A stretch of 56,759 nt of DNA, counting the filler, from Dugesia japonica (lineage: Eukaryota), in NCBI GenBank assembly GCA_001938525.1. It is 5 parts of 5 records of this genome, joined end to end, with 100 filler letters (N's around TTAATTAATTAA, not from the genome) between each part and the next. Parts side by side here need not be neighbours in the genome. Positions count along the whole stretch, not along the records: positions 30,251 to 39,168 come from MQRL01548959.1; positions 39,269 to 56,759 come from MQRL01581036.1; 3 more parts are not named here. One strand, written 5' to 3'. Shown here in pieces: positions 35,201 to 47,822 of this stretch (position 1 is its first letter; each line of letters opens with the position of its first letter). The translations under genes and the position numbers were made by a program. The notes under the pieces are model-generated. The model worked only from the letters and a program-made list of their open reading frames with translations. It searched no databases and was not told the DNA's origin.

Positions 35201-36754
35201 AATTTTAAATCTTTATTAACGATTTACTATTATAAAAGCATTCAATAATTAATTCGATTTGTTGAAGAGATTTCAGAATTGATTGCGTAATCATAATTTT
35301 TAATATAATTGTTGCGGAAACACAAACACCAACTAATTAAAACATCAACAAAAAACACAATACAAGCACACATACAAAACACAATACAAGCACGAACAAA
35401 CAACAACAATCAGACAAACAACAACAATCAGAACAAAATTCAGCTCAAGATCAACTCAACCATTCAACATCCGGTAACTTCTCAATTATTTGAACTTTGG
35501 TGAATTNNNNNNNNTTATCATACTTTGTGATTTGAATTTTTGTGAATTTAATTTTAACTATTCGGGCTTGTGTGATCAATTTTGGCAATTTGTAGATATC
35601 ATCAATAATTATTTATTTTTAAATTTTTTGATACAAAATTTTCGATATACTTTGTTAATTTGTATGTTATTCCTAATCGATTTTATTTACATGTGGAATT
35701 AATNNNNNNNNNNNNNNNNNNNNNNNNNNNNNNNNNNNNNNNNNNNNNNNNNNNNNNNNNNNNNNNNNNNNNNNNNNNNNNNNNNNNNNNNNNNNNNNNN
35801 NNNNNNNNNNNTTAATGTAAATTTTATATTTATTTTTTAAAAATTTTTATAAATCATACAAATTATAATAAATATTTATTAATTTCATACGTGATCTGTA
35901 GATAGCCACTAGTATAAATAGTGGATTTTATTTCATTTTTATTAACCATTTTAAGCTGTACAACAGTTTGAATTGTATTTTGATTCACAACTGAGGCAAA
36001 AATATTAACACATTTTTTGTTTGATAAAGCGTACTTTTGTATTAACTTAATATATACTATTTTCAAAAAGGTTATTCTTAAATTTATTACATAAGGACTA
36101 CTATATAGTGTATCTATAAATATTATTTTATCTATATTAAAAATATTCAGACACATAAGGACAATTTATAAGTTTAGTATATCCGGATTATTGTGTTATT
36201 TAAATTCAATTTATAAAATTCATACATCACTGATTTACTTTGGTAATAATCCCCCAAAGTATCTCAACATAAGCATTATTTTTTTAGAAAATGATTAAAT
36301 ATTGTTTTAAAAGAGTAATAAATATCTGAAGATGACAGATATTCTATTGAAACATATGTATATTTAAACTATATTGTAATATTCAGAACATAATTTTACG
36401 TCCAATGATACCAAGTTAAATATGATTACATAAACTTTGACATTGACCTTGAATTGTGATCTTTAATTTATTACTTGTACAACATTACTTTTATCATTTT
36501 ATTATTCGATTGTCATGAAATTAATAATTTTTCGAAAAGTTAATTATAGAACCTACGCTTTTCATCTAAAGTAGATTATTTATTGTAATAATCAATTGTT
36601 TTTTATAAATATGTAATAACAATAAACATTTTCCCATTTTGATAGCATAAGTCTTTATGAACCTCATTTCGTCCTAAAATTGTTGTTGTTTGAGATGTTA
36701 ACGCTTACTTATTTCATATATATTCAGTACTATTAATTAAATCATTTAATACCG

Positions 36755-37790
36755 TACAAGATTAAGTCATAAGTTATTAACGTTTTTCGTACATGTTAAA
36801 CTTGATTTTTCTATTCTAATAATACAAAACCTTTTGCTGCCATATATGGTGCTATTAAAAGGTGAATAGTCCTGTATTGTTAATTTACTTATATATTTTT
36901 AATGCAATATTCTATGCAGAATGAAAGAAGAAAAATTGTAATACGGGTCCTGTTACTTCATTATTGGAAAAAAGGGCTAGTGACAGAAACTATGACTCAT
37001 GAAATTTGTAATATTGAAGACAGTGATGTGATGAAACAGGGCACGGTCAGATGGCGATTCCTGTGCTTCAACCAAAGAGAGAGGATCAATAGAGTTCAGG
37101 CCTGCCCTTCGGGTGTGAAAGGAGAACTTCGTGTCATTTTGGAGCAGCAATCGTCTTCCACCATCGCAGACTTTTGGAAGAACTAAGTCCTTCACTAAGC
37201 ACTGTTTTTCAAATTTCACATTGTCTACGAATTTTCCACAATTGGATAGAAAGGCAAATTGAACGTTAATTTGATATTTGCTGCGGTAACCCACGAAGCA
37301 TTTGATTTTGAAGGCGAATTGTTATTGCCTTTTTCTTTACTATTTTTGTAGAGGCAGGCAGTACCCGCAAGCTAGTCAGTCGACTCAACTGGTAATCCTA
37401 ACTAGCAGCTTTGAGAAAAAATTTATGTTATGTTTAGGAACTCGTTTTAGACGATCAAGCTACTGATGATAATATTTTCACTGAACATTTGGAGTGAGTT
37501 CAATTTTATATGAGCAATATTCCAAACCACACTTAGTGAAACATGAAGCAAAAGCTAAAAGAATTACAAGGGGTTGAAGTTTTTTCTCAGTTTGCGTATA
37601 GCTCTGACCTCGCTCCATCTGATTTTTACCAGNNNNNNNNNNNNNNNNNNNNNNNNNNNNNNNNNNNNNNNNNNNNNNNNNNNNNNNNNNNNNNNNNNTA
37701 AATTTTAGATACCCGAAACCTGGGTTTTGATGATAAGGAAATTCGGGTTTTAAGAAAGAATCTTAACTAAACTTATGCTATAAAATAGTT
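36755..37790 (+). mobile_element. Highly degenerate mariner element
   Basis: IRVLLLHYWKKG...HEICNIED...TVRWRF and AYSSDLAPSDF (YSPDLAPSD) remnants. Boundaries approximate. Confidence 0.75.
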
Positions 37791-38399
37791 TTTTAAAAAA
37801 TAGATTTAACTTTTTAATTTTATAACGGAATTTTTTAAAATCAAAAGTATATTTAAATTTGTATCAAGAAAATAATTTATAAAATAAATTACTAAAATTT
37901 AAAGATTTTTAAATAAAATTAAATGAATGAAAAATGTTAATTTTAGTATTTTAAAATTTATTATTAATAAAACTAAAAAATCAAAATATATTTTAAATAT
38001 AATAAAATATAAAATTAAAAGAATAAGAAATGTTTATTTTAAAATTAAATATTAATAAAATATAAGAATTTAAATATCTAGTATTATCCGTTTTTTTAAA
38101 ACTGAATTTTTAAATTTGTTTGGAAAATACAAATTTAAGTTTATAGTTTTTTTCTAATATATCTTGTTCTGATGTTGATAATCCGATGAATATTCAAAAC
38201 CCATCTAACATGGTGGCAGCGGTAATCATCGATGCGATCACAGAAAGATTGCTGCCAAGTAAAAAACTTAATACCAGATCTAATTGGTGGAGTAAAATTT
38301 CAGAATATCTTTGGGTATTATCTTTATAAAAAGTGCAGGGTAGACACCAATAATCAACGAGACAAATTTGTTTGCAACATCGAAGCAAAATTTTGAAGA

Positions 38400-39168
38400 G
38401 AGATACAGACGGGTGAACGATTGAGACATGCAATGGAGATTCTAGAAATTAACAAAGATCATAGATTAACTGTGATTATTCAGAATAACGAAAACGTATT
38501 TATGGCGGATAAATGGGACATTGGATGCACACATTTAACGAAGCATTGAATAATCACTAAGGGAGGTAAAATAAAAATAAAATCGTATCGTCAAACAATG
38601 AATATAGAAGAAGAAGAAGAAGAATCTATATGATAATGGTATCATCCGAAAGTATAGTTCTCAATGGAATACGCCATTAATCTGCGTTTGGTAAAAGAAA
38701 AAAGGATATACAATTATGCTCAGACTTTAGACAGTTTCATACAATAACAGAAAGACAAGCTTTTCCTATGCCAAATGTGGACGAAATGCTGGTTCCTGTG
38801 GAAGGTACGCAGTATTTTAGCTCAATAGACTTGGGAAATGCATACTACCAAGTGGAACTCAGTGAAGATTCTCAAGAAAAGACAGCTTTTTCGAACAAAC
38901 CAGGGCAATTTTGTTTCAATAGAATGCCTTTTGGAATTGCAGCAGCACCAGGTACGTTACTGGAAATTATGAATAAAGTAATCGGAAAAATAAAAGGAGT
39001 GATGGTTTATCTAGACGATACTCTCATGTTTACCGAAACAAAGGAGCAATACTATGAAATAATCAATAGAGTATTAATAGAAATTAAGAAGGCCGGTCTT
39101 AGAGTTAATCCGGAGAAATGTCAATTCATGCGAAAGGAGATCAAATTTTTGGGACACGTTATCAGTAA
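38400..39168 (+). pseudogene. Ty3/Gypsy reverse transcriptase fragment
   Basis: FSSIDLGNAYYQV, KTAF, RMPFGI, VYLDD, EKCQF...FLGHVIS; disrupted upstream. Confidence 0.92.
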
Positions 39169-39457
39169 NNNNNNNNNNNNNNNNNNNNNNNNNNNNNNNN
39201 NNNNNNNNNNNNTTAATTAATTAANNNNNNNNNNNNNNNNNNNNNNNNNNNNNNNNNNNNNNNNNNNNATTTTACTTTACTTTTATGAAATATTATTTTT
39301 GATTATTTTATTTTATGGTGAACATTTTATTTATTCAAATGTGAACATTTTGTTGTTTAATTATTTTATTATTTTTACTTTATTTTTATGAAATATTATT
39401 TAAGCTTCTGAAAATTGTTGTAAAAATTTTGTAAAGAAAATAAATAAAATAGCGTAT

Positions 39458-40257
39458 GTTGTTATGTAGGTGTAAAAGACCTACTGATTGAAAACAGTAT
39501 AAATACTGACAATCAATTGTAAATTTTTAGAACTTTTGAACTAAGATAACCTCTTTTTGAAAGTGGACTTATCTTTCTTCATTAATATTGTAGCCTATAG
39601 TGCCCGAAAATATAAACATTTAAAAAAGTGTGTTATTTTGTTTATTATATAAGACACTCACAGTATATCAGCTATTTATAATTTAATAATATATCGCAAT
39701 TATATAATAGAGTATTTACATACGGTTGAACCTATAGAAATTTTAACACCCTTAAACTCTTATTTATATTTGTACGAACCATAAATATTTTTGTTGAGTT
39801 AGAATACCCAACAAATTTGGTGCTGCGAACCGGGACTAAAATAAATAAAATTAGTAAAAACAATTTAAAATCAAGCGGGTGTTCAGACGTTTATTAAAAT
39901 ATACCGCGAAATTATTCAGTTTGATATCAGACATNNNNNNNNNNNNNNNNNNNNNNNNNNNNNNNNNNNNNNNNNNNNNNNNNNAGATAACCTCTTTGTG
40001 AAAGTGGCCTTATCTTTTTTCAATAAAGTATTGCGAATAGGTTGTACAATAAAAATCCGTTAAAAAGTGTGTTATTTTATTTAGTTTAATAGGATATTCA
40101 CAATATATCAGTTATCTATATTTCGATAATAATATTGCACATATATAATATTGTATTAACATATATTTGATACATAAAGAATTCTAACACCCGTAAAATC
40201 ATATTTATTTATTCTCGAACCAAAATATCTTTTTGTTGAGTCAAGTACCCAACAACA
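39458..40257 (+). mobile_element. Pair of diverged LTRs with PBS-like site (TRIM-like or collapsed LTR element)
   Basis: 39544-39813 repeats at 39985-40257 (AGATAACCTCTTT...TACCCAACA). The first copy is followed by TGGTGCTGCGAACCGGGA. An N gap lies between them. Confidence 0.7.
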
Positions 40258-40946
40258 GGAACCAACAATCTCAAGATAAAAATAGTAACTTGCAATTCAT
40301 ACATGTATATTTTAAGCTTTGATTACTTTTAAAAAGTAAAAGTTCTTCCATTGAATAGTCGACTATATAGTACATTTATATTCATTTTATTATATTTATA
40401 TTAAAGATATTAAGATCTAATAGGTGAAGCATATAAATATAATATAATTAGATCGGATTGTTTAAGGGTATATATATAAAGAGATCACTAAAGCTCACGC
40501 AATTGCTGATTTGCTTTGGCAACAATCCACAAAGCATCTCAAATTTTCATGATCACATCCCAGCCAAATCCAAAATATAATTCCATAAATCTAGAGCTAG
40601 ATTTTTTACAAATAATTATTCACTTTTCATTAAATTAAAGCTTCCATCAAAATGTTTGAGGAAGTTGGCAGATTTTGCACCTCCAAAGACGCAGATTTGA
40701 AAACAATGGAATTTAGAAATTTGTGTTCTGTTAGGAAAGTATTTTTCATTATAACGGTGACTATTTAGATGAACAAGATCTTCTTATTTGACTTAAATTT
40801 TACAGTTTATTTGAGAATAACCGCACTAACTTTCGGATTTACCTGATAATTTTCAATGTGATGTAATCAAAGAAAATTATTTATTTATTTAATCATAAAA
40901 TTTGTAATTTGTTATGTGAAATAATGACATTATTGTAACTGTAGAT

Positions 40947-41742
40947 CAGTGGTTCTCAAGGTGGGGCGTATGCGCCACCTGGGGGGCAATTTCATTTTTT
41001 ATGGGGGCAAAGGGATATTTTTTGTTTGAAGGTGCTACTTCAGAATTAGTTATTAACATTGAATTTTATTCCAAATTTATATGTAATATATTTTAATCAT
41101 AATGCAAAGTCCATTTCTACCGAATGTATAAAATTTATAGTCTATGATTAAATGGCTAATCAATCTATGCTTGTGTTTAAATGCGTCAAATTACATTTTG
41201 TGTCGATTTGTTGATAGTTTAAAATTGGTGGTATTCACTGGTTACTAGTGTAAATTAAAACCCGATTTGACATTCTAAGTATCTACAATAATTGTTTCAC
41301 AACTCTAAAACAATGGTATGTTTTATTAAATTTCCATGAGTATTTTTTATGTTTATTTCATTCAGAAATGATCCCGATGTCTAACAGTGATATAATTACT
41401 GCGAAGAAGAAAAAAGTTCGTCAATATTCAGAGGAATACTTAAAATGGGGCTTCATACCGGCCAACCATGATAATTTTTTACCTTTCTGCCTTTTATGCC
41501 AGCAATGGTTGTCTAATGAATCAATGAAAAACAAATCTTCTTCAGGCGCATTTAATGGCGAAACATAGTGCATATGTAGATTCAGATTTACATTATTTCA
41601 AGTCTTTAGTTTCTGTTTTTCATAACATGCATGACTTGTACTAAGATTATGGAACTTTTCCCATCTGTTGTGTATATGGGGGACATCTGGATTTTAAAGA
41701 GACTTTGATGGGGCATGGCCTCATAAAGGTTGAGAACCACTG
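40947..41742 (+). mobile_element. Non-autonomous hAT (Buster/Charlie-type) element, 796 bp
   Basis: TIRs CAGTGGTTCTCAA / TTGAGAACCACTG, perfect 8-bp TSD CTGTAGAT, and BED-finger remnant RQYSEEYLKWGF...PFCLLCQQWLSNESMK. Confidence 0.95.
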
Positions 41743-42024
41743 CTGTAGATGAAAGTAAACCTGTTAGTCATTCCTTAACCAAAATGTCATTCTGTTATCA
41801 CGATCACTCCAAATAATGTGGATAAACATTCGAGTTTGTTGTTAAAATAATATTTATTTAGTTATTTATTTTTTAATTTTTTTCTACACATAAAATGTTA
41901 GGTTTTGTATTTTTCGATTAGTTAATTACAGAAAACCTGACGAGCGAATTGATCCACGATTTTCATTAACTTTGGAGAACCTACCTTGTATAACGACTGA
42001 TGGTTTGTAGAAATAGGATATAAA

Positions 42025-42695
42025 ATTAATACCATTGCATAATAGATCAAGAGGATTTATGCTCGAAATCTTTACGAATCTATAATGTCATGCAAGTTGT
42101 CATCAAAACTGTGGATTTCATAAAGTCTAAGGGATTGATTCATCGCCAATTCTAGGAATTTTGTAAAGATATTGATACTGAATATGAAGGCGTCATTTAT
42201 TTCTCGGAAATAAGGTAGTTGAGTCGTGGTAAAATGTTGCAAAGATCATATAATTGGCGAAATGAAATCAAGTGATTCAATGAATCAACAGGAAAATTTA
42301 TAGTATACAAATTTAGCATTTTTGGTGGATTTAACGAGTTATTTAAATGAGTCGGACATGCGCATACAAACATAACAACCCGCCAATGAAATGTTTAAGG
42401 TTATAACAGTGTTTGAAATGAAACTTAAACTATGGAAAGTTGAAATTACTGCAAATAACTTGATGGATTTGGAGAAATTGGTTAATTGGACTGCCCGGTA
42501 AACAATGAAAAATATGGATTATTGCTATCCGTTTTAATATAACAATTTGAGGATTAGTTTGAAGATTTCTGATAGAATCAACAATTTGCTGTTATATTTG
42601 CGACACCAATCTCAGTCAACATAAATACGCTACCATCGAATTTTCAAATAGAATGCATAGAATTGCAATTTGATATTTATTTCAAGAAAAAATCG
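42025..42695 (+). pseudogene. hAT transposase fragment (SPIN/GTF2IRD2-like)
   Basis: HCII-QE-LC, VIKTVDFIKSKGLIHRQF, SEIR*LSRGKMLQR, LAFLVDLT, QIECIELQ. Confidence 0.88.
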
Positions 42696-42699
42696 CGAA

Positions 42700-42991
42700 C
42701 ACAAAAATTGAAGCACAAAAAATTGAAGCACAAAAATTGAAGCACAAAAATTAAAGCACTAAAATTAAAGCACTAAAATTAAAGCACTAAAAATTAAAGC
42801 ACCAAAAATTGAAGCACAAAAAATTGAAGCACAAAAAATTGAAGCACAAAAATTGAAGAGAAAAATTGAAGCACAAAAATTGAAGCACAAAAATTAAAGC
42901 ACAAAAATTAAAGCACTAAAAATTAAAGCACCAAAAATTGAAGCACAAAAAATTGAAGCACAAAAAATTGAACCACGAAAATTGAAGCACA
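42700..42991 (+). repeat. Minisatellite, 15-16-bp unit AAAAATT(G/A)AAGCAC, ~19 copies
   Basis: Directly visible. Confidence 0.95.
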
Positions 42992-43505
42992 TTTTATGTG
43001 GAGAGGAGGGGGGGGTTACCATTTTTTCGTCTAACAAATTGCATTAGAGAAAACCCCAACTAATTGCACTGTGCCAGTGCTGTACTAACTACCGAATGCT
43101 AAAAAGGTTTTCGACTCAAAAGACGCAAACTTTTCTTTGAAAAAAATGGAATTTACAAATTTGTGTTCTGTTTGGAAAGTGTTTTTCATTATAACGGTGA
43201 TTATTTAGATGAACAAGATCTTATTATTTGACTTGAATTTCACAGTTTATTGGAGGAAAACTGCACTAACTTTCGGATTTACCTGATAATTTCCAAAGAA
43301 AATAATTGTAAACCAACCCGTATTGTTTATTTATGTGAAATTATAGAGTTGTGATATTATTGTAACTGTAGATGAATACTACCTGTTAGTAATTCACTAA
43401 CCAAAATGTCATTCTGTTATCACGAGCACTCCAAATAATGTGGATAAAAATTAGAGTTTTTTGTTAAAATAATATTTATTTAGCTATTTATTTTATATCA
43501 TTTCA

Positions 43506-43917
43506 AATCGACTCGTTTCTTTCTTGTTAGCAATTCATATTTCCTAGTAGAAATGAACCAATCAGTTTGATTGCACTCATTTGTTCGTTTATACAGCGAG
43601 GGTGCCAAATTGACTCGTTTATTTCTTGTTAGCAATTCATATTTCCTAGTAGAAATGAGCCAATCAGTTTGATTGCACTCATTTGTTCGTTTATACAGCG
43701 AGGGTGCCAAATTGACTCGTTTATTTCTTGTTAGCAATTCATATTTCCTAGTAGAAATGAACCAATCAGTTTGATTGCACTTATTTGTTCGTCCATTTAG
43801 CGAGGGTGCCAAATTGACTCGTTTATTTCTTGTTAGCAATTCATATTTCCTAGTAGAAATGAACCAATCAGTTTGATTGCACTCATTTGTTCGTCCATTT
43901 AGCGAGGGTGCCAAATT
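43506..43917. repeat. 102-bp tandem repeat x4
   Basis: GACTCGTTT recurs at 43510, 43612, 43714 and 43816; copies are near-identical. Confidence 0.95.
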
Positions 43918-44189
43918 GGACGAGTACAACAGGAGGTGTGGAAATATGATAATTGTGCGTGCGAAATATTCTGATTCTGAGTTATAAATAACAATAATTA
44001 TCAAAGGTGTAAGGTAAATTGTAAATTTACAGTTAAACAACCCTAACCCCCCCCCGCCTAAAGTTACCATGGAGAATCTAATGAAATCTTTGTTGAATGG
44101 AGATGGAATAAGAAAGAAATAATCAAATGGGATAACATAAAATATTTATTTCAATAATAATAAATGCAAAATGGGCTCGCGGGAACCTC

Positions 44190-45345
44190 TTATTTCACCT
44201 TTGTTGTCTCCTCGGGAATAATTGTATTAAAGAAACTAGAAGAATCCCTATAAAAAATGAAAATGAAAGCAAAAACTGGTAAACGAGTGAGCAATACTTG
44301 ATGCTGTCAGCATGATTCTTGTATTCGATAACAGTGTTGGCGGGCAACTGGAGAACACGAAACATTTCTTCTCGAATTTTCATTTTGGCAGCCTCGTTAT
44401 CTCTCGATTTATTCCACACAGATAAAATATCTTCCTGGTCAAAATTAAAGATTATTAATGAAATTTACACCATCGACATTTCTTTTCCAGCAACAATTTG
44501 TCACAAAATCACTTCCAAATTATCAATTAAAGAATTTTTTTAAATTAACAATAAATTTTACAAATTTCTCAATAAATAATATCAAAATAAAAATCATTTC
44601 TAAAATAGGAGACCCAGAAACATGTTAATTTAAATAATCAATTATTTCTAAATTATTAAACAAATACGAAAAAATTATCAAATCTAATATAAATTTATTT
44701 TAAAAATTGATAAAATTATTCATTAAAATTAAAAATTTAATCAGTTAAAATAATATAAATGATCTTTTAATATCTTTACTATATTTATCATTAAATTATT
44801 AAAACCTATTTAAATATCCCTGGTAAACAGTTTAAAATTTAAAAAAGTAATTAATTATTTCAAAGTTTTACCTGGCCTCTAACGGATACAACAACTCCAC
44901 AAATTTCATTTTCTACATCAAACTTATCTGTAAGCATAGCAAGAACTAAATTCTCCCAAATATGAGAAGCTAGACCTTTTTTCAAACGTAAAATCCATTT
45001 CCCACCATTTATATTGGCTTTATCCTGAATTAATGGTAAGCGATTTTAATTATCAATAAGCTGATTTTTCCAACCTCCCATAATGGTTTAATTCCAGTTT
45101 GAAATATTAAACTGTCAGCATGAATATTCAACTCATCAGGATAACTGATTGCAGAAAAAATGTTCATAAATTTCTCTAACTAATATAATTTTATTTGGAC
45201 TATAACATATGTACCACAAATTTACTGTATCAAAAGTAGCAACTTCTATAAGACTTTTTTTATACAATTTAAGTCTGTTAAAATTATTAAACCAATAGGT
45301 GTAAGAATTCTTAAGTAATATTTCAGAATAACTAGTTTCGATCAT
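44190..45345 (-). CDS. EIF4E2: Class II cap-binding protein eIF4E2/4EHP (5 exons)
   Basis: Exons 45345-45226, 45179-45075, 45024-44872, 44434-44298 and 44247-44190 splice in frame with GT-AG introns: ...GIKPLWEDKANINGGKWILRLKKGLASHIWENLVLAML...EICGVVVSVRGQEDILSVWNK...RVLQLPANTVIEYKNHADSIKDSSSFFNT, colinear with 4EHP. Confidence 0.93.
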
Positions 45346-47822
45346 TTTAATTATTTTAAAATTACTAAATTTAATTTAGAAAAATGAATATTAAATATTA
45401 AAACAAATACACTTCTTCAAATTAAAGCATGTTAATAAAAATATTCAAAGCTTGTTCATTTCATTTTATTATGTATAAGTCAATGCTGGAAATATATGTT
45501 AAAATATTAATATTATTACATATTAAATAATTAATTAAAATAATGTTTGCAAAAGACAAAATTTCAATTATATTTTAAAGTAAATTGAATTCTGAATTCT
45601 CAATGTTATATAAAGAAGTATATTAAATTTTCTAAAACATATTTTTTCGATTTTTATTTTATAAAATCATCTAATTAACCGTTCAATTTGTAATAATTAA
45701 AGTTATTTCAAATTCTGACTAAAAATTGTTTCAAATTTTTTAAATTCAAATAACATTGAATAGATCAAATATTTCAACAACAATAAGTAAGTAAATTCAT
45801 TTTCATAACACTCGTATATGATATCAAAATTAAGTACCTTCTAAGATAAATGTGATGACAAGCTTCTTATTTTTCTGAAATACATTCCTCTATGAAGCGT
45901 TAGTTGTTGTCGCTCACAATCAGAAGATTGTCCGAAGATTCATTATTAATATCTGTCTTAATGTTGCGAGCGACTTTCTCTTCTCTATTAGGACAAGCTC
46001 ACCTTAAAACTGCGGCATATAGGAGAAGTGTTTTGAGTCATTATATATTTCCAAATCAACTGTTGAATCAATGTTCCAGACCTCATTACACGTAATATGA
46101 TGGTATCAGCTCGAAACATTAACTTATATTAGCTTAATCGTTGGTGTAGTTATACTACAATACGCAAAAAACTATTTCTATAGTTGTTAGATTCTTTGTG
46201 GGTCAAAGTTATATCTAGCCAGAAGTATTCTGACTCCACAAAATTTATAATTATGTTACGAGAAATTGCTATTTTATTGAATGTATATGTTTGTGTTAGG
46301 ATTCTAGACTTTTAATGTTAATTCTTTCTCTTCGATTATCTGTCATTAGCATAATCGTTGTTTGTCCTCTCAGTCTAAGGGCAACCTAGAATCCGTAAGC
46401 ATTTGGGACACCTCTGTGCCATGCCGCTCTTTTCCCGATTCAGTACGACTTTGTGGTATCGTGTTTTTTCTTTTTAAAGAGGTTCTCAGACAACAGTCGT
46501 TATGCTTAGTCTTTCATTTTTATTTTTGTTCGTAATTCAATTCAAAAGAAAGAGAAATATGTATCTCTGGCCATACAACCGATTTTTCGGCCTACTGCCT
46601 ATTAGGCCTTCTTCCCTTCTTCTGGAGTATGAACTTCGGGAGATATCTTTATCGTTTTACGTCCAAATACATAAGGAGTTCTGACAAGACTTTCCTAACA
46701 TTTTATTCGAACAAAAACGAAAAAGGAATTTTATTATACTAAGTTAACTATACAAATGTTTATAATGATGGTTATCGTAAAGGACAAATTATAGCACAAT
46801 CAATTAATACTTATTCAATTACAATTATTAGTCAAATTAAATATCGTTAAAATATTCAGTTACAATGATTAACACTTTGTTTTTGATATTATTTAGAAAT
46901 TGTGTAATTTGGATTTATAATAAATATTTAAATAAAGTCGAATTTTGAAAGTAACTTGACTTATCCATTAGGATATTTAATCAATCTTATTCAATCATTA
47001 TTAAGATTTCATTAAACATCATATGATTTAATAAATTATTAAACATAACACAACGTGTAAGGAACAAAATTTATTTTACAACCAAAATCAAACTTTTGAA
47101 TTTATTTTTAAGGTGTGATTTCGTTATTGTTCGATTTATCCTTTCAATCACAATCTTTGCTCACTCTTCTCAATTGTTATTACCAAGTAACTACTTAAGA
47201 ACTTCGTTATTTTTCTGTTAATATTCTCGCTTGCTTAATATTCAGTTGCCTTCTTCACTGATGTTATTATCCATTTTTATAGGTAAGATTTCTGGTCTGT
47301 CATAATTGCTTGTGATTAACTATTTTCTAGTGTTGGGTATTTCCATTCAACAGAAAATTTTATGTTTTGATTTTGAAACTATGTCAATATAAACGATACC
47401 TACTCAAATTTGAGTATTTATATTTGATTGACATTTTTGGGAATTTATAACTCTGATTTAAAGTGTTGAATTTTTGATACAATTATTATATAATAATATA
47501 AAAAATGTGAAAAACTTTAATAGATAGCTGATATATGTAACCATAAGTAATACATACATTCTAGAAAAAATGTATTTAGGGTGTACAACATATCAAGATA
47601 GTACAACTTATGTGCAACATTTTACTTTAAAAAAATTTCCAGCTTTGGTAAAACTTCAGTCGGCAATTGTTGACTGAAAATCTAACCGAAGTGATCAGTA
47701 TTTATAATGATTTTTACACATTGATTGACATAACTAACATGCAATACATATTAATAAACAACATGGTATACATTAAAACTTCTATAAAAATTTTTGTTTT
47801 TCCAAAATTAATTCATGATCAA

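Larger units (their letters stand above)
40685..43497 (+). repeat. ~380-bp direct repeat: copy 1 40685-41880 (interrupted by hAT), copy 2 43120-43497
   Basis: Shared AAAGACGCA...ATGGAATTTA...GATGAACAAGATCTT...TGTAACTGTAGATGAA...AACCAAAATGTCATTCTGTTATCACG... Confidence 0.9.

Noticed and set aside
42700-43917. CRISPR-like appearance of the 15-bp and 102-bp repeats
   Set aside because: Head-to-tail units with no unique spacers, no cas genes, and a eukaryotic context.
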